A stretch of 64,000 bases of DNA, taken from Vicinamibacteria bacterium. GTDB lineage: Bacteria; Acidobacteriota; Vicinamibacteria; Marinacidobacterales; Marinacidobacteraceae. Position 1 is the first letter of the stretch. Every line of letters starts with the position of its first letter. The position numbers and the translations under genes were made by a program. Positions 51,829 through 61,809 of this stretch are shown here, in pieces. Below the pieces are notes generated by a model. It was not told the origin of the DNA, did not search any database, and worked only from the letters and a program-made list of their open reading frames with translations. The stretch spans positions 2,080,001-2,144,000 of the forward strand of contig OY821641.1 in assembly GCA_963555995.3 (NCBI GenBank), written 5' to 3'.

Positions 51829-53142
51829 CTAGAGCGACTCGTCCGGCCGCACGTCGTCTTCGGTGAGCCCCCGGAACTCCAGCACCCGGACCATGGTCCG
51901 GTGAACCATCACGTCCGGCGTGGAAGCCCCCGAGGTCACCCCGATCCGGAGCGGCCCCTCCGGCAGCCAGCCCCGCCGCACCACCGGCTCCGTCCCCTTC
52001 CCGGAGCCGGGCGCGGGACGGCAGCGGATCTCGTCCGCGGACAGCAGGCCCTCCGGACCCGCGATGTGGTAGCTCGGGAACTTCCGGTCGCAGATCGCGG
52101 CCAGGTTCGCGGTGTTGGACGAGTTGAAGCCACCGACCACCAGGATCAGGTCGAGGTCCTCCCGAAGCAGCTCGAGGACCGCGTCCTGGCGCTCCTGGGT
52201 GGCGCTGCAGATGGTGTCGAAAGACCGGAACCGGCCGGCGAGTTCCTCCTCGCCGTAGCGGCGGGCCATCGAGTCGCGGAGCACCGCCGCGATCTCGAGG
52301 GACTCGCTGGCGAGCATGGTGGTCTGGTTCGCCAGCCCGATCCTTCCCAGGTCGCGGTCGGGATCGAAGCCCGGTGAGCTGGCCGGGGCGAAGCGCTCGA
52401 TGAACCCCTCCCGGGTGAGCGGCGCCGGGCCGCCGTTCGCCTGACTGGCCGCGTCGGCCTCGATGTACCGGCAGACGTCCTCGGTCTCGGCCATGTCGCG
52501 GACGACCAGATAAGTTCCGGCGCGCGAGGTGGTCGCCCTCGTTTCCTCGTGGGCGTACTTTCCGTGAACCACCGAGGTGAAGCCGTCGCGCTTGTAGCGG
52601 TCCACGTTCTTCCAGACGTTCATCACCGAGCCGCAGGTGGTGTCCACCAGGATGGAGCCCTTCCGGCGCAGCACGTCCAGTTCGGCGGTGGGCACCCCGA
52701 AGGCGGGCAGCAGCACCACGTCCTGCGGGCCGACCTCGGCGAACTTCCGCTCCGGCGACCCGGACTCCAGGAAGCGGATCCCGAACTCGGAGAGGCGGCG
52801 GTTCACGTAGGGGTTGTGGATGATCTCGCCCGTCAGGAAGATCCGCCGGTCGGGAAAGCGCAGGCGCGCCTCGTAGGCGTACTCGATCGCCCGGTCCACC
52901 CCGTAGCAGAAACCGAATTCGTGGGCGACCAGGAACCGGAGTTCACCGGCCCGCAGCCGATAGTCGTGATCGCGGGCGAAGCGGACCAGGTGCCCCCGGT
53001 AGTCCTCGGTGAGGGGTTCGATGATCTCTTTCCGGAGCCCGAGACCCCGGCGATAGTGGATGCCGGGCGGCGGCAGCTTCGCGCTCGGCGGGGACAGTTC
53101 GGAACTCTTCGCCTGGTCTGCGGAATCCTCGGCGGTCGGCAC
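51829..53142 (-). CDS. ispH: 4-hydroxy-3-methylbut-2-enyl diphosphate reductase (long form)
   Basis: [36 protein letters not shown] and GVTSGASTP motifs; GTG 53142 inferred. Confidence 0.94.
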   Translation of the reverse strand: MPTAEDSADQAKSSELSPPSAKLPPPGIHYRRGLGLRKEIIEPLTEDYRGHLVRFARDHDYRLRAGELRFLVAHEFGFCYGVDRAIEYAYEARLRFPDRRIFLTGEIIHNPYVNRRLSEFGIRFLESGSPERKFAEVGPQDVVLLPAFGVPTAELDVLRRKGSILVDTTCGSVMNVWKNVDRYKRDGFTSVVHGKYAHEETRATTSRAGTYLVVRDMAETEDVCRYIEADAASQANGGPAPLTREGFIERFAPASSPGFDPDRDLGRIGLANQTTMLASESLEIAAVLRDSMARRYGEEELAGRFRSFDTICSATQERQDAVLELLREDLDLILVVGGFNSSNTANLAAICDRKFPSYHIAGPEGLLSADEIRCRPAPGSGKGTEPVVRRGWLPEGPLRIGVTSGASTPDVMVHRTMVRVLEFRGLTEDDVRPDESL

Positions 53143-53167
53143 GGTCCGAATGATACGCTTTCCGTTC
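53143..53167. promoter_or_regulatory. overlapping divergent -10 hexamers (leaderless ispH and ferredoxin)
   Basis: TATCAT (minus, 53155-53150) 7 nt before GTG; TACGCT (plus, 53154-53159) 8 nt before ATG; no SD on either side. Confidence 0.6.
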
Positions 53168-53518
53168 ATGCAGGATGTCCTGATCACCGGGCCCCGGAAG
53201 CGCCAGCCGAAGATCCTCGCCTACGTGGACGCCGGCAAGTGTTTCGGGCGGGGCTGCGAGATGTGCATCGCCGTCTGTCCGGTCAAGGACTGCATCATCC
53301 TGGTGCCCGACCCCGAACCCCGGTCGGTCGGCCAGGTCTGCGAAGTGAACGTGGAAACCTGCATCGGCTGTCAGCTCTGCGCCAAGTTCTGTCCGCCCGA
53401 CTACGACGCGGTCCACATGTTCCCCCACGACGAGGGAATGCGCCTCGCAGAAGAACGCGACCGGACCTACGAGTACCGCCAGTACAAGAAGAAGCCCGGC
53501 GAAGCCCTCGCCAGGTAG
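53168..53518 (+). CDS. 2x[4Fe-4S] ferredoxin
   Basis: CFGRGCEMCIAVCP and CIGCQLCAKFCP motifs. Confidence 0.9.
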   Translation: MQDVLITGPRKRQPKILAYVDAGKCFGRGCEMCIAVCPVKDCIILVPDPEPRSVGQVCEVNVETCIGCQLCAKFCPPDYDAVHMFPHDEGMRLAEERDRTYEYRQYKKKPGEALAR

Positions 53519-53682
53519 GGGAGCGCCGGTCTTCAGACCGGCACCCGCTGCGCGACAGTGCGGCGGGACGAACCTCCTGCGCCGAAATGACTCGACTGCG
53601 CGCGCCGCAAGCACCGGCGGTAGCGACCAACCGCCCGCGCGGCCCTGTGGGCCGCCGTGCCGGTCTGAAGACCGGCGCTCCC
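53519..53682. repeat. REPIN-like element type A (164 bp, reverse orientation)
   Basis: GGGAGCGCCGGTCTTCAGACCGGCAC...GTGCCGGTCTGAAGACCGGCGCTCCC with the same two inner hairpins as the 7766/15138 elements, reversed. Confidence 0.88.
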
Positions 53683-53791
53683 GGCCGTCTGCTAACATCT
53701 TCTGCCCCTCCTGATGGTTCGGATCGCGTCTTTTCAACTCCAGACTGAGGTTCTGCGATCGGCTGCGATCCGCTAGCTCACTCAAGCCGAT

Positions 53792-56032
53792 TTGTCCGAA
53801 GCTGACGCCCTGCGGTCCAATGGGCGGGAAGCTCCTGCGGACGAAAGAGCGCCCGCCGCCGACTCCCCCGCAGCCGCGGAGCGGACCGGCGAGGCCGCGA
53901 ACGGAAACGGGCGCGACGCCGTCGTCGAGACCGAACCCGAAGACATCCCCGCGCTTGGTCCGGAAGAGCTGAAGGCCGCCTACCGGGTGATGCTCACCTC
54001 CCGGGAGGTGGACCAGCGGGAAATCGCCCTGAAGCGGCAGAACAAGGCGTTCTTCCAGGTCAGCTCGGCCGGCCACGAAGCCGTCACCGCGGCTGCCGCC
54101 GCCCTGCTCCGGCCGAAGACCGACTGGGTCTATGCCTACTACCGGGACCGCGCGCTGGCCACCGGGCTGGGCCTGACCGCGCTCGAGCAGCTCGCGGCTT
54201 CCTGGGGCGCCGAAGCCGACCCCTCCTCGGGCGGAAGACAGATGCCCTCGCACTTCTCCAAGCGGTCGCTCGGCCTGACCGTCCACTCGAGCTGCGTGGG
54301 AACCCAGTTCCTGCACGCGGTCGGAACCGCGTACGGCGAGCGCTACCTGAGCCGCCACCGCATCCCGGGGCTGCCCGCCGCGCCGAACGGCGACGGGATC
54401 GTGCTGGTCAGCGGCGGCGACGGCGCCACCAGCGAGGGAGAGTTCTGGGAGTCGCTGAACAGCGCCTCGCTCCGCCGGCTGCCGGTCCTGTTCCTGATCC
54501 AGGACAACGGCTACGCCATCTCGGTGCCGGTGGAACACCAGACGGCGGGCGGCTCGATCGCCCCGCTCGCCCGCGGCTTCCCCGACCTGAAGGTCCTCGA
54601 GTGCGACGGCTGCGACTACGAGGAGTCCTACCGCACCCTCGAGGAGGCGTTCGCCTATGTCCGCGCTGGCGAGGGTCCGGCGCTCGTCCACGCCCGGGTG
54701 ATCCGCCTGCAGCCCCACTCGCTGTCGGACGAGGACCGGGACTACAAGACGGCGGCGGAACGCGCGTCGGACCAGGACCGGGATCCGCTGGCGCGCCTGC
54801 GCGACCGGCTGACCGCCTCCGGGGCGGCCACCCGGGAAGAGCTCGACGGCCTCCGCAAACGGACTCAGGCCGAGGTAGCGGCGGCGGCCACCGACGCCCT
54901 CGCCCTGCCCTGGGCGCATCCGGACACCGCCTGCGACCACCTGTACAGCCCGGACGTGGACCCCTGTTCGCCGCAGTTCGAAACCGAGCCCCGGTTCGAA
55001 GCCGACGCGAAACCGGGCACGATGGTGGACCTGATCAACGCCACCCTCCGCACGGAGATGGCCCACGACCCCCGCATCGTGGTGTTCGGACAGGACGTGG
55101 CCGACGCGAGCCGCGAGCCGAACCTCCGGGAGGTCAAGGGCAAGGGCGGCGTCTTCAAGGTGAGCTACGGACTCCAGCGCGAGTTCGGGTCGGAGCGGGT
55201 GTTCAACAGCCCCCTCGCCGAGGCGACCATCGTGGGGCTCGGGGTCGGCATGGCGGTGCGCGGCCTGCGTCCGGTCGCCGAGATCCAGTTCCTCGACTAC
55301 ATCTGGCCCGCCTACATGCAGATCCGGAGCGAACTCGCGAGTCTTCGCTGGCGCGCGAACAGCAACTACAGCGCTCCGCTCGTCCTGCGGGTCCCGACCG
55401 GCGGCTACCTGACCGGCGGCGCCGTCTACCACAGCCAGTCCGCCGAAGTGCTTTTCACGCATCTTCCGGGGCTGCGGGTGGTGCAGCCCGCCACCGCGCT
55501 CGACGCGGCGGGGCTGCTCCGCACCGCGATCCGCTGCGAGGACCCGGTCATCTTCCTCGAGCACAAGCACCTCTACCGGCAGACCTACAACAAGAGCCCC
55601 GATCCCGGACCCGACTTCATGATCCCCTTCGGGAAGGCGAAGACGGTGCGGGCCGGCGAGGACGTCACGCTGGTCACCTTCGGGGCGCTCGTCCACCGGG
55701 CCGAACTCGCCGCCAGGAAGGCGGCGGCCGACGGGATCTCGGTGGAAATCCTGGACCTCCGTTCGCTCGCCCCCTACGACTGGGAGGCAATTCGCGAGAG
55801 CGTGGGCCGTACGAGCCGCGTCCTGGTGGCCTACGAGGACACCAGGAGCTTCGGCTACGGCGCGGAGATCGCGGCGCGCATCGCCGACGAGCTGTTCGAG
55901 GAGCTCGACGCTCCGGTCCGCCGGGTCGCGGCCCGGGACACCTGGGTCTCCTACAACCCGGACGTCGAGGCCGGGACCCTGCCGCAGGCGGAAGACCTGC
56001 TCGCCGCCATCCGCGACCTCGCCGAGTACTGA
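53792..56032 (+). CDS. 2-oxoacid (probably branched-chain) dehydrogenase E1, fused alpha+beta
   Basis: GDGATSEG...NGYAIS TPP motif, HSLSD, FGQDV, PLAEATI, EIQF.DY and FLEHK motifs. Confidence 0.92.
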   Translation: MSEADALRSNGREAPADERAPAADSPAAAERTGEAANGNGRDAVVETEPEDIPALGPEELKAAYRVMLTSREVDQREIALKRQNKAFFQVSSAGHEAVTAAAAALLRPKTDWVYAYYRDRALATGLGLTALEQLAASWGAEADPSSGGRQMPSHFSKRSLGLTVHSSCVGTQFLHAVGTAYGERYLSRHRIPGLPAAPNGDGIVLVSGGDGATSEGEFWESLNSASLRRLPVLFLIQDNGYAISVPVEHQTAGGSIAPLARGFPDLKVLECDGCDYEESYRTLEEAFAYVRAGEGPALVHARVIRLQPHSLSDEDRDYKTAAERASDQDRDPLARLRDRLTASGAATREELDGLRKRTQAEVAAAATDALALPWAHPDTACDHLYSPDVDPCSPQFETEPRFEADAKPGTMVDLINATLRTEMAHDPRIVVFGQDVADASREPNLREVKGKGGVFKVSYGLQREFGSERVFNSPLAEATIVGLGVGMAVRGLRPVAEIQFLDYIWPAYMQIRSELASLRWRANSNYSAPLVLRVPTGGYLTGGAVYHSQSAEVLFTHLPGLRVVQPATALDAAGLLRTAIRCEDPVIFLEHKHLYRQTYNKSPDPGPDFMIPFGKAKTVRAGEDVTLVTFGALVHRAELAARKAAADGISVEILDLRSLAPYDWEAIRESVGRTSRVLVAYEDTRSFGYGAEIAARIADELFEELDAPVRRVAARDTWVSYNPDVEAGTLPQAEDLLAAIRDLAEY

Positions 56033-56075
56033 GGCCGGGGCGACACCGGCGCTACGCGATAGTCTGGCCTGAGCC

Positions 56076-57290
56076 GTGTCCGTCCAGGTGTTGCAGAGCC
56101 CGCTGGCCCAGGTCGAGCCGCTGCCGGCAAGTCGCGACACCAACCCCCTGAGCGTCCTCTCGGAGGACGAACGGCTGCACTTCGGAGCGGTGCACCAGGT
56201 GGCCATGGCGGAAGTGGCGCCGCTGACCCGGCGCATGGAGGCGGAGGGCCGGATCCCGCCCGAGCTGGTGAAGACGCTGGCGCGCTACGGGTTCTTCGGG
56301 GTCGTGGTCCCCGAGCAGTTCGGGGGCAGCGGGCAGGGCTTTTTCGAAGTGGCGCTCACGGTGGAGGCGCTCGCGCGCGCCGACGCCGCCGTCGCACTCC
56401 TCGTGGACGTGCACAACACGCTCATCACCGGGGCGATCAACCGCTTCGGCCGGCGGAGCCAGCGTTTCCGGCTGCTGCCGCAGCTGGCGGCGGAACGGAT
56501 CGGCGCCTTCTCGCTGTCGGAAGCGCACGCGGGCAGCGACGCCTTCGCGCTGAGGACGACCGCCACGCCGGTGGAGGGGGGCTTTCTGCTCAACGGTTCG
56601 AAGGCCTGGGTGTCGGGGGGCCGGGAGGCCGGGCTCTATCTGCTCTTCGCCCGGGTCGCTCCGCCGGACGGCGCCGGCTCCCGCGACGCGATCACCGCTT
56701 TCCTGGTCGATCGCGGGAGTGCCGGACTGACCGTGGGCGCTCCCGAGGCGAAAGTGGGCCTCAAGGCCTCGAGCACCACGCCGCTGTTCCTGAAGGACTG
56801 CTTCGTCGCCGACGACGACGTCCTGGGCGAAGCCGGCGGCGGACGGCGGCTCGCCATGGCGCTCCTCAACGAGGGGAGGATCGGGATCGCCGCCCAGCTC
56901 GTCGGGATCGGGCAGGCGGCGCTGGACCTCGCCGTCGCCTACGCCAGACAGCGGGAAGCGTTCGGCCGCCGGATCGGCCGGAACCAGTCGGTCGCCTTCG
57001 CGCTGGCGGACGCCGCCATGCAGGTGGAGACCGCGCGTCTTCTGACCTGGAACGCCGCGCGGCTGGCGGACCAGGGGAACGAGACGCGCTACGCGGCGGC
57101 GATGGCCAAGCTGACCGCCCAGCGCATGGCCGAATCGGTGACCTCGCTGGGAATCGAGATCCACGGCGGCGCCGGATACACGACCGACTGCCTCGCGGAG
57201 AAGCTCTGGCGGGACGCCAAGGCGGGGACGATCTACGAGGGCACCGAGAACATGCAGCTCACCACGATCGCCCACGGCCTCGACCTCTGA
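56076..57290 (+). CDS. acyl-CoA dehydrogenase (short/branched chain)
   Basis: FSLSEAHAGSD, LNGSKAW, NEGRIGIAAQ, REAFG and IYEGT motifs. Confidence 0.93.
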   Translation: MSVQVLQSPLAQVEPLPASRDTNPLSVLSEDERLHFGAVHQVAMAEVAPLTRRMEAEGRIPPELVKTLARYGFFGVVVPEQFGGSGQGFFEVALTVEALARADAAVALLVDVHNTLITGAINRFGRRSQRFRLLPQLAAERIGAFSLSEAHAGSDAFALRTTATPVEGGFLLNGSKAWVSGGREAGLYLLFARVAPPDGAGSRDAITAFLVDRGSAGLTVGAPEAKVGLKASSTTPLFLKDCFVADDDVLGEAGGGRRLAMALLNEGRIGIAAQLVGIGQAALDLAVAYARQREAFGRRIGRNQSVAFALADAAMQVETARLLTWNAARLADQGNETRYAAAMAKLTAQRMAESVTSLGIEIHGGAGYTTDCLAEKLWRDAKAGTIYEGTENMQLTTIAHGLDL

Positions 57291-57311
57291 CGCACGGGGA
57301 GAGCCTCGACC

Positions 57312-59066
57312 GTGGGAGCCGCCGCCGGCCCGGCAGGCCGCCGAATCCGCTTCGAACCCGGAGAACGCCCACCCCTGCCGGCGGTGCTGGGGCTCGGCCT
57401 GCAGATCGCGGTCACCCCGCTGTTCGTGGCGATCCTGGTTCCCACCGTCGCGTTCCGGGCCGCCGGCGCGGACGACGGCCTGGTGAGCTGGGTGGTCTTC
57501 GTCTCGCTGCTGGTCTGCGGTCTCACCGCCGCCCTCCAGGCCGCGCGTTTCGGGCGGATCGGCGCCGGGTTCATCCTGGCTCCCTCGGTATCCGCGGCCG
57601 CCATCGCGGTCGCCGCGGACGCGCTCCGCGCGGGCGGTCCGGCCCTCCTCGCCACCCTGGTGGTCAGCGCCGCCCTGCTGCAACTGCTGCTGTCCCTCCG
57701 GCTCTCCTGGCTGCGCCGGGTCCTCACTCCCACGGTGTCCGCGACGGTCGTGCTGCTCATCGTGGTCAACGTCATGCCGGTGATCTACGGCATGCTGGAC
57801 GATGTCCCCGAAGGCGTTTCCCCGGCCGCCGCACCGCTGGCGGCGCTCACCACGGTCTTCGTGATCGGCGCGATTTCCCTCAAGGCCACCGGCGCCTGGC
57901 GGCTCTGGGCGCCCATCGCGGGCGTGATCGCGGGGGCGGCGGTCGCGGCGCCCTTCGGCCTCTACGACACCACCCGACTGGCCGAAGCGGCCTGGATCGC
58001 GCTTCCCGAGCCCCACTGGCCCGGGCTGGACCTGACGCTCGGTTCGACATACTGGGCGCTGTTGCCGGCGTTCGGGTTCGTGACCCTGGTGACCACCATG
58101 CAGGCCATCAGCGGCGTGCTCGCGAGCCAGAACGTGTCGTGGCGCCGGCGGCGGGCCGTGGACTACCGGTCGGTGCAGAACGCGGTCACGACGAGCGGCG
58201 TGAGCAGCCTGCTGGCCGGGCTCGCCGGGGGCATCTCCATGTCGAGTCTCTCGACCGGGGCGTCGGTGATCCAGATCACCGGAGTCGCATCCCGCGCGGT
58301 CGGGTTCGCCATGGGGGCCGTGCTCGCGGCCTTCGCGTTCATGCCCAAGGCGCTGACCCTGATCCTGTCGGTGCCCGGCGCCGTGCTCGGCGCCTATATC
58401 GCGGTGCTGATGGCGATCCTGTTCGCGGTCGGCCTGAAGCTGCTCCTGACCGACGGGTTCGACCATCGCAAGGGACTCATCGTGGGGCTCTCCTTCTGGA
58501 TCGGGCTCGGGTTCCAGTACGACCTCATCTTCCCCGAACTCGTCCGGGACTTCGCGGGCGGCCTGCTGACCAACGGCATGACCTCCGGCGGCCTGGTGGC
58601 GATTCTGCTGACGGGGTTCGTGCTGGTGACCGAACCCCGGGCGAGCCGGTTGCGGACGGATCTCGACCGGTCGGCGGGGAAGGACCTCCACCAGTTCCTG
58701 GCGGGATTCGCATCGCGCAGCGGCTTCGGGAAGCCGATGGCCGAACGGCTGGCGGCGGTGGGCGAGGAGGCGCTGCTGACGCTTCTCTCACCGGAGGAGA
58801 CCGCCGGCCGCCCGGCTTCCCGGCGGCTGCGGGTCACGGCCCGTCGCCGGGGTGCCGGGGCCACCCTGGAATTCACGGCTGCCGCCGGTTCGGAAAACGT
58901 CGAGGACCGGATGGCGCTGCTGGGCGACCGGGTGGACGAGGTCTCGGCGGAGCGGGAGGTGTCCCTGAGGCTCCTCCGGCACCTGTCGTCTTCGGTCCGC
59001 CATCAGCAGTACCACGACGCCGACATCGTCACGGTCGAGGTGGACGCGCCGAAGCGCGAAGACTGA
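57312..59066 (+). CDS. divergent NCS2 (xanthine/uracil permease-like) transporter with C-terminal RsbW/HATPase-like domain
   Basis: ERPP...LGLQ, ITGVASR, FMPK, SVPGAVLG and NGMTSGG motifs; extra soluble C-terminal region of about 145 aa. Confidence 0.82.
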   Translation: MGAAAGPAGRRIRFEPGERPPLPAVLGLGLQIAVTPLFVAILVPTVAFRAAGADDGLVSWVVFVSLLVCGLTAALQAARFGRIGAGFILAPSVSAAAIAVAADALRAGGPALLATLVVSAALLQLLLSLRLSWLRRVLTPTVSATVVLLIVVNVMPVIYGMLDDVPEGVSPAAAPLAALTTVFVIGAISLKATGAWRLWAPIAGVIAGAAVAAPFGLYDTTRLAEAAWIALPEPHWPGLDLTLGSTYWALLPAFGFVTLVTTMQAISGVLASQNVSWRRRRAVDYRSVQNAVTTSGVSSLLAGLAGGISMSSLSTGASVIQITGVASRAVGFAMGAVLAAFAFMPKALTLILSVPGAVLGAYIAVLMAILFAVGLKLLLTDGFDHRKGLIVGLSFWIGLGFQYDLIFPELVRDFAGGLLTNGMTSGGLVAILLTGFVLVTEPRASRLRTDLDRSAGKDLHQFLAGFASRSGFGKPMAERLAAVGEEALLTLLSPEETAGRPASRRLRVTARRRGAGATLEFTAAAGSENVEDRMALLGDRVDEVSAEREVSLRLLRHLSSSVRHQQYHDADIVTVEVDAPKRED

Positions 59067-60510
59067 CCGGTCGGGGCAGCCCGCGGGCGGTGCGGACGAT
59101 GAGGTCCCAGGCCTGCCGGACGTGGGACCGCGTCGTGTGGGTCTGGGCCACCACCATGCGCAGGGCCACCCCCGCGGGGACGCGGGTGTGCGTCAGGTAG
59201 AGGCGGCCCGACTCGTTCAGGGCGTCCAGCAGCTTCTGGTTGAGATCGTCCGGCGGGGCGCCGGGCCGCCGGTAGCGGAAGGTGACGTGGTTCAGGGGAG
59301 CCGGCGTGAGGACCTCGAAGTCGTCCGCCTCCTCGACCCACCCGCGAAACTCCTGGCCCAGCGCCACGTGCTCGCGGATCAGCTCCCGCAGTCCCGCCGC
59401 GCCGTAGTGGCGCAGCACCAGCCACAGCTTGAGCGCCCGGAACCGGCGCCCGAGCGGGATCTGCCAGTCGCGGTAGTCCACGACCTCCCCGGCGTCGGAA
59501 GCGCGGTTCCTGAGGTACTCGGGGGTCACCGAGAGCGTCTCGATCAGCGCCCGCCGGTCCCGCACCCAGAAGGCGTCGCAGTCGAAGTTCGTGAACATCC
59601 ACTTGTGCGGGTTGAAGCAGTAGGAGTCGGCGAACTCCAGGCCGGCCTGCAGATGACGGAATTCGGGACAGAGGAACGCGGTCCCGGACATGGCGGCGTC
59701 CACGTGGACCCAGACCCCGTGCTCGCGCGCGATCCGTCCGATCTCCTCCAGCGGGTCGAACGCGCCCGTGGAGGTGGTCCCGAGGGTGACGGTCACGAAG
59801 CACGGGATCCGGCCCGCGGCGAGGTCTTCGCGAACCAGGGCGGCGAACGCTTCCGGCCGGGCGGCGCGGCTGACCGGGTCCGCCGGGATGGAACGCAGGT
59901 TGTCGCCACCGAGCCCCGCGATGCGCACGGCCTTGAGCAGCGAGGAGTGCGACTCCTCCGACCCGTAGGCGACGAGCGGCGCGCGCACCCCGATCCGGTT
60001 GGACTCGAAACCGGTGGCGCGCTCGCGCGCGGCCAGCAGCGCGGTCAGGGTGGCGGAGGACGCGGTGTCCTGGATGACCCCGCCGCCCGGCCCGTCGGAA
60101 CGGAACGCCGCCGGCAGCTCCAGCAGCTCCACCAGCCAGTCGAGCACGTGCGTCTCCAGTTCGGTGCACGCCGGACTCGTCGCCCAGAGCATCCCCTGCA
60201 CGCCCAGCCCGGCCGAAAGCAGCTCGCCGAGGACCGAGGGACCGGAGTTGTTCGACGGGAAGAACGCGAAGAAGCTCGGCGACTGCCAGTGGGTGATCCC
60301 CGGGAGCACGATGCGGTCGAGGTCCCGCATCACGGCTTCGAACGGTTCTCCGGTCTCGGGCGGGTCCCGCGGGAGCAGGCTGCGGACCTCGCCCGGGCCG
60401 ACCTGCGAAAGGACGGGGAAATCCCCGACCTGACGCCAGTAGTCGGCGAGCCAGTCGAGGACGACCCGGCCGTCCCGAACGAATTCCTCGGGGCTCAGAT
60501 GGGCCATCAC
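59029..60510 (-). CDS. aromatic-L-amino-acid decarboxylase (group II PLP)
   Basis: PGITHWQSP, SPACTELE, HSS, HVDAA, NPHKW and DYRDWQIPLGRRFRALKLW motifs. Confidence 0.93.
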   Translation of the reverse strand: MMAHLSPEEFVRDGRVVLDWLADYWRQVGDFPVLSQVGPGEVRSLLPRDPPETGEPFEAVMRDLDRIVLPGITHWQSPSFFAFFPSNNSGPSVLGELLSAGLGVQGMLWATSPACTELETHVLDWLVELLELPAAFRSDGPGGGVIQDTASSATLTALLAARERATGFESNRIGVRAPLVAYGSEESHSSLLKAVRIAGLGGDNLRSIPADPVSRAARPEAFAALVREDLAAGRIPCFVTVTLGTTSTGAFDPLEEIGRIAREHGVWVHVDAAMSGTAFLCPEFRHLQAGLEFADSYCFNPHKWMFTNFDCDAFWVRDRRALIETLSVTPEYLRNRASDAGEVVDYRDWQIPLGRRFRALKLWLVLRHYGAAGLRELIREHVALGQEFRGWVEEADDFEVLTPAPLNHVTFRYRRPGAPPDDLNQKLLDALNESGRLYLTHTRVPAGVALRMVVAQTHTTRSHVRQAWDLIVRTARGLPRPVSLRASARPPRP

Positions 60511-60568
60511 GTCCGCCTGGTGTCCCGCGCGACCGGCGCCCGCGGAGGCTCGGGTCCCCGGCGGTGCG

Positions 60569-60910
60569 TCACTCCGCCGCGCCGGCGGAGAGACGATCGA
60601 TCTTCGCGGCCAGGATGAAGTCGCTCTCGGTGAGCCCGTTCACCTTGTGGGTCCAGATGGTCACCTCCACCCGGCCCCAGGCGACCAGGAGATCGGGATG
60701 ATGCCCCTCCGTCTCGGCGATGTCACCGACGCGGTTGGCGAAGGCCAGCGCGCCCACGAAGTCCGGAAAGACGAAGGTACGGGAGATCCGGCGGTGCTCG
60801 GAGTGTCCCCATCCCTCGATCTTGCCCAGGTAGTCCTCCACCTCGGCGGATGCCATCGGGGGCACCCCGCCCCGGCACGGTACGCAGGTTCGGCTGGCCA
60901 GGTCGCTCAT
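60569..60910 (-). CDS. phhB: pterin-4-alpha-carbinolamine dehydratase
   Basis: CVPCRGG, AETEGHHPD and WTHKVNGLTESDFILAAKID motifs; CATAAT 7 nt before the ATG. Confidence 0.93.
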   Translation of the reverse strand: MSDLASRTCVPCRGGVPPMASAEVEDYLGKIEGWGHSEHRRISRTFVFPDFVGALAFANRVGDIAETEGHHPDLLVAWGRVEVTIWTHKVNGLTESDFILAAKIDRLSAGAAE

Positions 60911-61069
60911 GGCGCGCATTATGGCCCCGCCGGGACGCCGTCGGCGCCGCCGCGGGGTGCGGAGACCACGCCGGGCGCGCCGCGGACCCGCGGAAGGCGC
61001 CGCCGGCCACCGCCGACGGTGTCCGGCGACGATCGGGGGACGATCCGGGGATCGTCCCCGACTCGCTTG

Positions 61070-61396
61070 TCAGCCCTTGACGGTGCGGTTGTAGATCCGC
61101 ATCGCGACGATGGTCGCCACCGCGGCGTAGAGGGTCAGGCCGATGCCGCCCAGCGCGCCGTTGAGCCCCGATCCGATCATCGGGATGTGGGTGAGCACCC
61201 CCTGATCGCCGGTCACCACGCTGACCGCGATGGCGACCACCAGGAAGCCCGTCGCGTCCTCGGGATCAAGATTCATCGCGGCATATACGATGCCGATGAT
61301 GACCAGAAGGAGCGCGTCCATCGGGATCGTTCCGGGGGCGAAGCCCATCAGGAGCGCGATCAGCGCGCTCAAGCTGACGAGTATTCTGCTAGCCAT
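61070..61396 (-). CDS. small multi-TM hypothetical protein (108 aa)
   Basis: Perfect GGAGGT SD; about four hydrophobic segments. Confidence 0.8.
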   Translation of the reverse strand: MASRILVSLSALIALLMGFAPGTIPMDALLLVIIGIVYAAMNLDPEDATGFLVVAIAVSVVTGDQGVLTHIPMIGSGLNGALGGIGLTLYAAVATIVAMRIYNRTVKG

Positions 61397-61612
61397 GTCG
61401 TACCTCCAAGGTTCCGTCTCGCTTCGGTTTACGCGCCGTCCCGCCTTCGTCGGAACCGCACGCGACCGAGCGTTCGTACCACGTGCGCAGCGCGGAAATC
61501 AACTTCGGGTCCGGTCGCGCCGCGGTTTCCCGACGGCAGGAGTGGACGGACCGGGTGGCGGCGAGCGCGGCGGGCGTCCCCGGACGGGCCGACCCGCCTG
61601 ACCCTCCCGTTC

Positions 61613-61790
61613 CTAGTGTGGTGTCCCGCAAATCCTGTGAGGTATCGAGAGCGGCGAGGCGCCCGCCTGACAAGGCGCGAATCCGGAGGAATACCGAGTG
61701 TATTCCGATGGATTCGGAACGCTGAGCGAAGCGGTCAGGCGGGATGCATCGCCGCTCGAATACCGCAGGATTTGTGGGACACCGCACTAG
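61613..61790. mobile_element. non-coding palindromic MITE-like element (178 bp, CTAG at both ends)
   Basis: CTAGTGTGGTGTCCCGCAAATCCTG...CAGGATTTGTGGGACACCGCACTAG; core shared with 14084..14361. Confidence 0.8.
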
Positions 61791-61809
61791 AGCCCGGAAG
61801 GAGCCCCTG

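Noticed and set aside
48496-52377. Very long antisense ORFs (also 28833..32285, 52943..56236, 56052..58691, 20122..22539)
   Set aside because: These are stop-poor shadows expected opposite real genes at very high GC; they show no recognisable motifs
53792-56032. E1 alpha-beta fusion as a novelty
   Set aside because: Fused E1 subunits are common in several bacterial phyla
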